Part shown: positions 37,103 to 46,100 of the stretch, piece after piece
Numbering within the stretch: position 1 is the first letter of the stretch
How the letters are laid out: every line of letters begins with the position of its first letter
NCBI GenBank assembly: GCA_965228475.1
Contig: OZ245817.1
Span: 3,712,001-3,776,000 of the forward strand
From: Myxococcota bacterium
Lineage (GTDB): Bacteria; Myxococcota_A; UBA9160; JAFDDA01
Direction of reading: 5' to 3'
DNA: 64,000 nt
Notes under the pieces: model-generated
Database searches by the model: none
What the model was told of the DNA's origin: nothing
The model's input: only the letters and a program-made list of their open reading frames with translations
Translations under genes and position numbers: made by a program

Positions 37103-39064
37103 TCACTCCCCCTGGCCCGAGAAGGCGAGCAACGCGTCGAGCTTGCGCTCCGCGTCGAGCAACCTTCGGCGGACCCGGGGCCCCCTGCGCTCTTCGGCGC
37201 GACGGAGCCAGTGCGTGAATCTCAAAGTGAAAGACCCGATGCCGGGCAGCGCGAGGCATGCGGCGATGGCGATGCGAAAAACACGCGGCAAGTTCGGTGC
37301 AAGCAGATCGCCGTCGAGGGCGACGATCTGTTCGCAGCTGCCCGGGGTCCCCTGTCGGGCGCAGCGCCCGAAGAGCTGGCGGTCGATGCGCAGCGACTCC
37401 CCGAGCTCCGTGGCGACGACCGCGAGCCCGCCGCGCTCCGCGACGCCGGGGCCGAGCCGGATGTCCGTCCCGCGGCCGGCCATCCGGGTCGCAACCGTGA
37501 TCCGCCCCGCCTCGCCGGCGGTGGCCACGAGCCCGGCCTCCTCCCGGTCTTGAACGGCGTTGAGCACGCGATGTTCGAGGCCGGCCGCGCCGAGCCGCGC
37601 GCTCAGCGCCTCGGAGGAGGCCACGCTGCACGTGCCCACCAGGACGGGGCGATGCTCGGCCCGGAGCTCGGCCGCGCGCTCGACGACCGCCTCCCACTTG
37701 GCCGCCTCATCGGGTAGGACGCGCAGCCCCCGATCGACGCGCCGGGAGGGCAGCCGGGTCGGGACGGCGACGGTCCGCAGGCGGTAGACGTTCCAGAACT
37801 CCTGGGCGACCTCGCGGGCGGTGCCCGTCATCCCCGCCAGCCGCAGGTAGCGGCGGAAGAAGCGCTGGTAGCTGATGCGCGCGACGGTCTCGCGGCGGGG
37901 CGTCGGCACGAGTCCTTCGCGGACCTCGAGCAGGGCCTGGATGCCGCCTTCGAAGCTCCGGTCGGGCGCGCGGCGGCCGGTGGGCAGGTCGATGATCTGC
38001 AATGCGCCCTCGTGGACCACGTAGTGACGCCCCCGCTCGAAGCTCGTCTCGGCGCTCAGCGCGCGTTCGACCCACGCCTCGCGCACGCGGCGGAGGGCCA
38101 GCGGGCCGTCCCGTGAAGCCGCGAGGGCGTCGAGGCGTGCGCGGCCGGCGTCGAGCAGCTCGACCCGGCCGCGGTCCACGGTGAAGTCCCGGCCTTCCTC
38201 GAGGCTGCGCGCCAGGAAGAGCGCCGAGAGAACGAGCGTCTCGTCGACGTCGGGGCCGGGCCTCGAGAGCAAGAGGGGCGTGCGGGCGTCGTCGATCAGG
38301 ACGGCGTCGGCTTCGTCGACGATCGCGAAGCAGAGGCCGCGCAGCACGGTCTGGCCGGGAGCTTCGGCGCCGAATTGCCCTGCAGCGGTGCCCGCGACCC
38401 GGTCCTGGAGGTAGTCGAAGGCGACCTGCTTGTGCGTCACGTAGGTGACGTCGCAGGCATAGGCCTCCCGGCGCGCGGACCGCTCGGGTTCGCTCTCGAG
38501 GGCCGCGCCCGAGGACAGCCCGAGGCGGGCATAGAGCGGGGCCATGCTCTCGGCATCGCGACCCACGAGATAGTCGTTCGCGGTGATCACGTGGACGGGA
38601 ATGCCGGCGAGCCCGGCCAGCGCCGCGGGAAGGGTCGCCGTGAGCGTCTTGCCCTCGCCGGTCTCGAGCTCCGCCAGGCCCCCGGACATCATCACGCGGC
38701 CGCCGAAGAGCTGGACGTCGTAGTGAGGCGTGCCGAGGGTCCGGCGTGCGGCTTCGCGCACGAGGGCGAAGCCGCGCGGCACGAGAGAACGGTCGAGGCC
38801 GCCGCGGCGCAGGCGACGCCGCAGGTCCGTCACGCGAATGTCGAAGGCCGCATCGGCGAGAGCCTCGAGGCCCTTTGCTTCCGCGTCGACGGCGGCGGCG
38901 AAGGCCTCGATCTCGGAGCGCTTCGCCTGGCGCGGCACCGCCGCGAGCCCGCGAAACCGATGGGCCAGGCGGGCGAGCCACGGCTCCTCGCGGTCCGGGC
39001 GCTCGGGCGCCGGCCCCCGTACCACGCCCGGGCGATCCACGAGCTGCGGCGCTGCGTCAGACAC
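37103..39064 (-). CDS. Secondary, truncated SecA-like DEAD ATPase
   Basis: YDVQ, ELETGEGKT, TANDYL, VDEAD, LAGMTGT, ATRMAGRGTDI, RIDRQLFGRCARQG; 653 aa, ends soon after NBD2. Confidence 0.9.
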   Translation of the reverse strand: MSDAAPQLVDRPGVVRGPAPERPDREEPWLARLAHRFRGLAAVPRQAKRSEIEAFAAAVDAEAKGLEALADAAFDIRVTDLRRRLRRGGLDRSLVPRGFALVREAARRTLGTPHYDVQLFGGRVMMSGGLAELETGEGKTLTATLPAALAGLAGIPVHVITANDYLVGRDAESMAPLYARLGLSSGAALESEPERSARREAYACDVTYVTHKQVAFDYLQDRVAGTAAGQFGAEAPGQTVLRGLCFAIVDEADAVLIDDARTPLLLSRPGPDVDETLVLSALFLARSLEEGRDFTVDRGRVELLDAGRARLDALAASRDGPLALRRVREAWVERALSAETSFERGRHYVVHEGALQIIDLPTGRRAPDRSFEGGIQALLEVREGLVPTPRRETVARISYQRFFRRYLRLAGMTGTAREVAQEFWNVYRLRTVAVPTRLPSRRVDRGLRVLPDEAAKWEAVVERAAELRAEHRPVLVGTCSVASSEALSARLGAAGLEHRVLNAVQDREEAGLVATAGEAGRITVATRMAGRGTDIRLGPGVAERGGLAVVATELGESLRIDRQLFGRCARQGTPGSCEQIVALDGDLLAPNLPRVFRIAIAACLALPGIGSFTLRFTHWLRRAEERRGPRVRRRLLDAERKLDALLAFSGQGE

Positions 39065-41192
39065 CGAGCTGTCTCAGCAGGAGACGCCGGAGCGAACGCC
39101 AGGCGCGGGGGCCGATCGGCTCGGCGCCGTGGTCGAAGCGGGCGTAGACGCGCTCGCCCGCGGCCACGGCGGCCCCGGCCGGCAGCGCCAGATCGAATTG
39201 GAAGACGGACTCGAGCGTTCGCAGGCCCTCGGGGTCCGACGGGTCCACGGCGAAGGGCCCGCCGCCGGCCGTCCCGAGCGCCGGGCTCGGCAGGCGATCC
39301 CGCGCGCCGGGCACCTGACGCTCGATGCGCGCCGGCAGGACCTGCGCCGGGTCGTGTGCCAGGCGCACCGTCACGGCGCGGGTCCGCTCCCGCAGGCGCC
39401 CTGCATCCTCCTGGGAGACCACGACGCGCGCGCTCGCCTCGGCGAGGTCGACGACGTAGGCCACGGTCTCGCCGCGAGCGACGCGGCGGCCCCGCAGCTC
39501 GGCCCGGTCGCGCGGAACGAACACGCCGGCAACTTCGGCCTGCACCCAGACCTGCCGCGCGCGTTCCCGCGCCCGGGCGAGCGCCGCTTCGGCCGCACGC
39601 AGACGCTCCCGAGCGATCGCGGCCTCGACCCGGTCGGCCCCGCGTGCCGCTTCGAGGCGGCGCGCGCTGATCTCGCGCTCGGCGCGGCGCGCCGCGACCT
39701 CCGCTTCGAGCGCCGCATCGCGGATGCGCAGCAGGCGGGTGCCCGCTTCGACCCTCGCGTGGGGCTCCGCCAGAACCTCGTCGACGAACCCGTCGACGCC
39801 GGCCCGGACGTGGGCCTGCTCGGGCAGCCAGACGACCCCCTCGCCCCGGGTCCGCAGCGGAAGCGGGAGCACGAAGAGGAGTACGAGCACCGCTGCGAGA
39901 GATCCGAAGCTCCCTGCGAGCACCCGGCCCCGCCGCTCCCCGGCAGCGGCGTCCGTCGCGAGGAACCTCACGAACGAAACCAGCGGCCGGCCGATCCGCG
40001 AGTAGACCGTGTAGAGCGCGAGCGTGACCCCGAGCGCGAAGAAGTGGCTCGCCAGGTAGAGGGCGATGGCGAGCATCACCGACACGCCGTAGACGTTCGC
40101 CGCGATCGCGTAGCCGACGAGCCAGCGCGCCTCCCCCGGCGCCGTCTCCGGGAGGGGGAGATCGCGCAGGCCGAGCAGGCGGCGGCGCGCCAGGATCTTC
40201 AGGTACTCGTTGGCGCGCTGGGCGAGGTTCGGGATCTCGAGGGCGTCGGCGAGCACGTGATAGCCGTCGAAGCGGAGCAGCGGGTTGCCGTTGAAGAGCA
40301 GCGTCGAGATTCCGCCGACCAGCATCACGGCGTAGGCCGCGTGGCGGACGGCGCCCGGCTCGACCGCCGCCCAGACGAGCATGGCAAGCGATGCGGCGAA
40401 GAGTTCCACCGCGATCCCCGCCCCGCCGACGATCATGCGGTGGCGCTTCTCGGGAAAGACCGAGGCGGCCGACGCGTCGACGTACGGCACCGGGACGAAC
40501 ACGAGGAAGAGGATGCCCATCTCCCGCACCTCGCCGCCCCAACGCTGCACGGCAAAGGCGTGGCCTAGCTCGTGGAAGAACTTCACGATCGGGTAGACAA
40601 ACCAGAACGCCACGAGGCTCTCGGGCTCGAGCAGCGAGCGGCCGGCTCCCGCCAGCTCGGGCGCGTGGCGCGCCGCCGAGACGCCACCGGCCACGAGAAC
40701 GGCCAGCCAGACCCAGGCGCCGGTTCGCGAGAAGATCGGCCGCGCGAGCCAGGCAAAGCGGTCGAGCGCGGCCTGGGGATCGACGAGCGGAACCCGGAAG
40801 GCGATCGGGTTGCGGCGACCGCGCCGCTCCTTGCGCAGCTCGTCGTCCGTCCGACGGAAGAGGACCGCGGTGTCCGAAGGGAGATCGCCGCGCAGGAGCC
40901 CCGCACCGTGGAGGGTGGCCAGGGCGGCGATCGCTTCGTCCTGGGTCGGCGCGTCGTCACCGAAACGTTCGATGCAGCCGAGCCATGCCGCGTCGATGCT
41001 GCGCTCGCCGTCGAGCGCCTCGGCCAGGGCGCGGACGGCGGGCGTCATGCGATGCACGCGGCCACTCGCCGGATCGCGCACGACCCACCAGACCTCGCCG
41101 CGGTAGCGGTGCCGATGGAAGCGCGCTTCGGCGGCGAGCCGGGGCCGGAGCTCGGCAACGCGGTACCAGGAGCTGCTCTCGAGCGGGTCCAT
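39057..41192 (-). CDS. PqqD/RRE-like domain + M50 (site-2) membrane peptidase + HlyD-like fusion
   Basis: N-terminal VVRDP..GR..LDGERS..L..LH..GLL; HELGH (40560-40574); NPLLRFDG (40263-40286); several TMs; C-terminal lipoyl/hairpin region. Confidence 0.85.
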   Translation of the reverse strand: MDPLESSSWYRVAELRPRLAAEARFHRHRYRGEVWWVVRDPASGRVHRMTPAVRALAEALDGERSIDAAWLGCIERFGDDAPTQDEAIAALATLHGAGLLRGDLPSDTAVLFRRTDDELRKERRGRRNPIAFRVPLVDPQAALDRFAWLARPIFSRTGAWVWLAVLVAGGVSAARHAPELAGAGRSLLEPESLVAFWFVYPIVKFFHELGHAFAVQRWGGEVREMGILFLVFVPVPYVDASAASVFPEKRHRMIVGGAGIAVELFAASLAMLVWAAVEPGAVRHAAYAVMLVGGISTLLFNGNPLLRFDGYHVLADALEIPNLAQRANEYLKILARRRLLGLRDLPLPETAPGEARWLVGYAIAANVYGVSVMLAIALYLASHFFALGVTLALYTVYSRIGRPLVSFVRFLATDAAAGERRGRVLAGSFGSLAAVLVLLFVLPLPLRTRGEGVVWLPEQAHVRAGVDGFVDEVLAEPHARVEAGTRLLRIRDAALEAEVAARRAEREISARRLEAARGADRVEAAIARERLRAAEAALARARERARQVWVQAEVAGVFVPRDRAELRGRRVARGETVAYVVDLAEASARVVVSQEDAGRLRERTRAVTVRLAHDPAQVLPARIERQVPGARDRLPSPALGTAGGGPFAVDPSDPEGLRTLESVFQFDLALPAGAAVAAGERVYARFDHGAEPIGPRAWRSLRRLLLRQLGV

Positions 41193-42920
41193 CTAGGGGA
41201 GCCAGGTCCAGAGCCGCATGCGCAGCCAGTCGACGAGGCCGTGGCTGAAGATCCAGAGCAGCCGGCGGCTCCCGACCTCGACCTTCGCCAGGCCCTCCAT
41301 GCCGGGCCGAAGCCCCTCGACGGGTTCGTCGAGGGCGGCCTCGACGCGGAAGAAGTGACGGCCGTCCTCGGTGCTCGAGACCGGGGTGATGCGCTCCACC
41401 GTGAGCGGCAGGGTTCGCCCCGGGATCGCCGAGAGCGCGAGACGGCCCTCCTGGCCCGCCGCGACGTCCGCGATGTCCCGCCCGTCGACCTCGAGCACGA
41501 TCCGGTAGCCGTCGAGCGGCGCGAGCTCGAAGAGCACGCTGCCGAGTTCCACCGGGGAGCCGAGCGCCTGGCCGAGGTCGCCCTCGAGCACCACGCCGTC
41601 GAAGGGCGCGACCACGCGGGTCCGGGCGAGCTGTTCCTCTACGAGCGCGAGTTTCGCTTCGGCCTGCTCGATCTGGGCGCGCAGCACGCTCACCTCCGTG
41701 CGGTCCCGTGCGGCCAGCGCTTCCCGATACGACTTCTCGAGTTGAGACTTCTCGCTCGCGCGACGCTGACGCGAGAGTGCGAGATCGCGATCGTCGAGCC
41801 GGGCCAGCAGGTCCCCCTCCCGCACGACGTCCCCCGCGCGTGCGTGCGCTTCGGCGAGGTAGCCGTTCACGCCCGCCACGAGGGAGCGCTGCACCCGGCC
41901 TTCGAGGGTGGCCCGCGCCGCCACCCGGTAGCCCGCGGGAACGATCGCAAGAAAAAGAAGCAACGCCGCCGTCGCTGCGAACACGGCCTTCGCGAGCGTT
42001 CGGTCCGGGCCGAGGTGCCGCTCGAGCGCTGCCCGCAGCGATGCGGCGGCCCGCGCTGCCGGCCCGTGCCCCGCGCGTTCGTGCAGCGCGAGGATCGGCC
42101 CGCAGTGGACCGCGACCTCCTCGAGGAACTCGCCCCGGCCGGCCGGTGGGTCCTCGCGCCACTCGCAAAGAAGCGCCCCGACGGTCCGGCCGTTGGCCGG
42201 AAGAGGAATCGTGGCGAGAGAAGCGGAACCCGACGCCTCGCCACAGGTCGCGTGCGCAACGGTGACGAGGGCCGCGCCCTCGGGCTGCGGCCACTCGATT
42301 CGCGCATCCTGATCGACGGACTCCTGCATCGCCTCGCGCAGGTCCCGGACGGTCTCGGTCTCCGCCCGGAAGCGCAGCCCCGTCGAGAGCGCGGCGACCT
42401 GAAGCGTTCCGTCGCGAACGAGGCCGATCGCCACGCGCTCGCACCCCTCGCGGCGCGCGAGTTCGAGGGCCAGCCCATGGGCGGCTTCGTCGGCCCGCTC
42501 CGTGGCCAGCAGGCCGGCAACGAGACCGAGCAGGGCGCCCTGCTCCCCACGCTCGCGCTCGGCCGTGAGCAGGCCGTCGAGCTCGCGCACGTCGGCGGCC
42601 AGGCGTTCACCGAGCTGCTTCAGGTCGGTCGGCCCGACGCCGGGCACCGCGATGCCGAGGGAGCCGACCACGTTGCCGCCGGAGATCACCGGAACCGCCG
42701 CGCAGGCGGTAGCGGCCTCGCTCTCCGCGGCCTGGCCGGCGGGGCCCGCACGATCCCGCGCCGCCTCGGCCGTGGCGAGCAGGCGCGCGCCCGGCTCCCC
42801 CTCGGCAGGCCAGGCGATGCGCTGCGGGCCGAGCAGCAGGAGCGCGGCGCGCACTCCGGGGATCCCCCGACACTCGAGAGCGAGCCATCGCTCGAGTCGG
42901 TTTCGAAGCTCCGGATGCAC
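41193..42920 (-). CDS. GAF-like + HlyD membrane fusion protein
   Basis: GTG start after GGGGAG; CERVAIG, AMQESVDQ, TIPLP..GAL GAF-like region; one TM; RAGDVVREGDLLARLD, VVAPFDGVV, LRPGMEG. Confidence 0.82.
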   Translation of the reverse strand: MHPELRNRLERWLALECRGIPGVRAALLLLGPQRIAWPAEGEPGARLLATAEAARDRAGPAGQAAESEAATACAAVPVISGGNVVGSLGIAVPGVGPTDLKQLGERLAADVRELDGLLTAERERGEQGALLGLVAGLLATERADEAAHGLALELARREGCERVAIGLVRDGTLQVAALSTGLRFRAETETVRDLREAMQESVDQDARIEWPQPEGAALVTVAHATCGEASGSASLATIPLPANGRTVGALLCEWREDPPAGRGEFLEEVAVHCGPILALHERAGHGPAARAAASLRAALERHLGPDRTLAKAVFAATAALLLFLAIVPAGYRVAARATLEGRVQRSLVAGVNGYLAEAHARAGDVVREGDLLARLDDRDLALSRQRRASEKSQLEKSYREALAARDRTEVSVLRAQIEQAEAKLALVEEQLARTRVVAPFDGVVLEGDLGQALGSPVELGSVLFELAPLDGYRIVLEVDGRDIADVAAGQEGRLALSAIPGRTLPLTVERITPVSSTEDGRHFFRVEAALDEPVEGLRPGMEGLAKVEVGSRRLLWIFSHGLVDWLRMRLWTWLP

Positions 42921-42994
42921 GCTGCCTGACTCCCCGCGCCGAAGGCGTTCCCCGAGCGGTTTCGGGGGCTTGCTTCGGGATCTGCCTGGGTTCG

Positions 42995-43022
42995 TTTTCG
43001 GCGCAACAAACGGCCTGCTTGA
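42995..43022 (-). promoter_or_regulatory. Putative sigma28-type promoter of the export operon
   Basis: TCAAG-N15-GCCGAAAA on the minus strand. Confidence 0.6.
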
Positions 43023-43080
43023 CCGCTGCCTGTGAGGGGAATTCCCGTGGCTTTTCAGAGAGTTCGGGACATTCCGCCCG

Positions 43081-43108
43081 TCAAGGCGCGGGGCCGACGC
43101 CCCGATGA
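43081..43108 (+). promoter_or_regulatory. Putative sigma28-type promoter of the giant protein gene
   Basis: TCAAG-N15-CCCGATGA, about 40 nt before the start. Confidence 0.6.
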
Positions 43109-43146
43109 GATAGGGACCCCCGGTTCCGCGGGGATGGGAGAGGTGG

Positions 43147-46100
43147 ATGATGAGGCGCCGGCGCGCCGGTTCGGGCGCAGGCAGAGCACGACGTGCGCGC
43201 GTCGAGGCCCTCGAGCCGCGCATCCTGCTCTCGGCGGACTTCCCGGGCCTCGAGGCCCTGCTCGCTCCGGAGGAGACGGCGCCCCTCGAGCTCCGGATGC
43301 CGGAGACGGACGCCTCGCCGCAGCTCGAGCAGAGCGTCCGGCGCGAACTCGTCTTCATCGACCCGCGGGTCGAGAACGCCGACGCGCTGATCGCGGACCT
43401 GACCTCGAGGAACGATCGCGAGCGGCGGATCGAGGTCGTCACTCTCGACGCCGCGCGCGACGGAGTCGCCCAGATCCGCGACGTGCTCGCTCGATCGGAG
43501 GAACCGGTCGACGCCGTGCACGTGGTCTCCCACGGCACCGACTCGGGCTTCCAGCTCGGCGCGACCTGGCTCACGCGCGACAACGTCGCCGATCACGCAG
43601 ACTCCCTCGCCCGCTGGAACGAAACGCTCGCCGAGGACGCCGATCTCCTCCTCTACGGCTGCAACCTCGCCTCGGCCCCGGACGGCCAGGCGCTCGTCGG
43701 CAGCCTCGCCCGCCTCACCGGCGCCGACGTCGCGGCCAGCACCGACCTCACCGGCTCGGCCCGGCAGGGCGGCGACTGGGAGCTCGAGTACACCGAGGGC
43801 CGCGTCGAGAGCACGGTGGCCTTCTCGGCCCAGGCGCGCACGAGCTGGGCGGGCTTGCTCGACGGCACCGCGATCTGGGCCCAGAACGGGCAGACCACAC
43901 CCCTCACGAGCGCCTTCGACGGAACGAGCTTCGGTCCCACCGGGCCCACCGTCGACGTCGGCCACGAGTGGAACGTGATCGCCGGCGCCGAATCGCCGGA
44001 CCGCGACGAGGCCATCGTCGCCGGCATCGGGGACGACGGCAACCTCGTCGGAATGGTCTGGGACGGAACCGCCTGGACCACCAGCGATCCGCTCGGAATC
44101 GGGGTCCCGAACATCACGGAAACCGAGCGCTGGGCAATCGACGTGACCTACGAATCGGCAAGCGGGGACGCGATTCTGGTTTGGAGCTCAGGGAGCACGC
44201 AGATCCTGGGCCAGGAGATCTGGTACGCGACGTGGAACGGAACGAACTGGAGCCTCCCGAAGGGATTGAACGCTCCGGCCGGGGTCGAGATCAACCAGAT
44301 TCGACTCGCCTCCAACCCCAACAGCGACGAGGTCGTGCTGGTTGCCAGCAACGAGGACTACGAGGACTACGCCTTCGTCTGGGACGGCTCGAACTGGGGC
44401 AACGCGATCACCCTGCACGACGGCAACAACGTGCCCGACAACCAGGACGTCCAGATCGTCTACGAGCAGCAATCCGGCCACGCGATGGCCGTCTGGGCGG
44501 AGAACAACCCCAACCTCCGGTACCGGATCTGGGACGGGGCGAGCTGGAGCGCGGAACAAAACCTGACGAAGCCGGGCGGCGTCAACGGCAAGGTCATCTC
44601 GATCGCGGTCGCCGCCGACCCGACCAGCGATCGCATCGTCCTCGGCGCGGTCACCGAAGACAACGAGACCTGGCTCGCCGCCTGGGACGGAGGCAGCTGG
44701 GACCCTTCCGTCCTGGCCACCTCGGACAGCCCCCACACGGACCGGCTGGGCGTGGCGGTCGCCTTCGAGAGCACGAGTGGCGAAGCCCTCGCCGCCTACG
44801 CGACGACGGCGGACGAGGTGCGGTTCCGGACGTGGAGTACGGGCGGTGGGTGGTCCGGGGAAAGTGTTGGGCCCGACATCGGTGCCCAGCCGAACGTACT
44901 CACGCTCGACGCGGATCCGGAATCCGATTCGATCATGCTCTCGGTCGTCGCGGACGACCGGGACATCTGGTTCGCTCACTGGGACGGCGGCTCCTTCGTC
45001 TCCGCGACGGAGCTCGAGACCGACGCCACGACGAACGCCGGCCAACCCTTCCTGTTCCTCTGGGACGCCGGCGAGACCGCACCCAATACCGCCCCGGTCC
45101 TCACACCCGGCGGGGCTGCCCTCACGGGCATCGACGAAGACGACCTGGCGAACGGCGGCGATCTCGTCTCGGCCATCGTCGGCGCGGCCATTGCGGACCC
45201 CGACGGGGGCGCCGCGGAGGGGATCGCGATCTTCGGGCTCGCCAGCGGCAACGGAACCTGGGAATACTCGACGACGGGTGGGGTCTCCTGGAACGCCGTC
45301 GGCGCGGTCGACCCGACGAATGCCCTCGTCCTCCGCTCGACGGACCGGGTGCGCTTCGTCCCGGACGGCGAGAACGGCACGAGCCCTTCCTTCGACTTCC
45401 GCGCCTGGGACCAGACCGACGGGAGCAGCGCCGGCGACAAGGTCGACGTCACCACGAACGGTGGCACCTCGGCCTTTTCCGCAGCGAGTGATACCGCCAC
45501 GATCGCCGTTGCGAGCGTGAACGACGCGCCCGTGCTCGCCCCGGCTTCACCGGCCCTCGCCGGGATCGCCGAGGACGACCTCAACAACGCCGGAGACCTG
45601 GTCTCGGACCTGCTGGGCGGAACCCTGAGCGACGTCGATGCCGTCACCCTGCAGGGCATTGCGATCACGGCCGTCGCGAGCGGCAACGGCACGTGGCAGT
45701 TCTCGACGAACGGTGGCGGCGCTTGGAGCAACGTCGGCGCCGTGGATGCGAGCAACGCCCTGCTCCTGCGCTCGACGGATCGCGTGCGCTTCGTCCCCGA
45801 TGGCCAGAACGCCGATACGGCCTCCTTCGACTTCCTCGGCTGGGACCAGACCTCGGGCGCCTTCGGCACGAAGGCCGACGCCAGCACCACCGGCGGCACG
45901 ACCGCCTTCTCGGACGACGCCAACACGGCCACCGTCACGGTGACGGCGACCAACGATGCCCCCGTCCTCGCGGCGGCCACGCCCTCCCTCACGACCATCG
46001 ACGAAGACGAGACCGGGAACCCGGGGGACCTGGTCTCGGACATCCTCGGCGGTTCGGTGACGGACGGCGACGCCGGTGCGCTCCAGGGCATCGCCATCAC

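Noticed and set aside
37103..39064. secA pseudogene or accessory SecA2/SecY2 system
   Set aside because: Frame and catalytic motifs are intact and the gene is coupled in an operon; no secY2 or asp genes in the window
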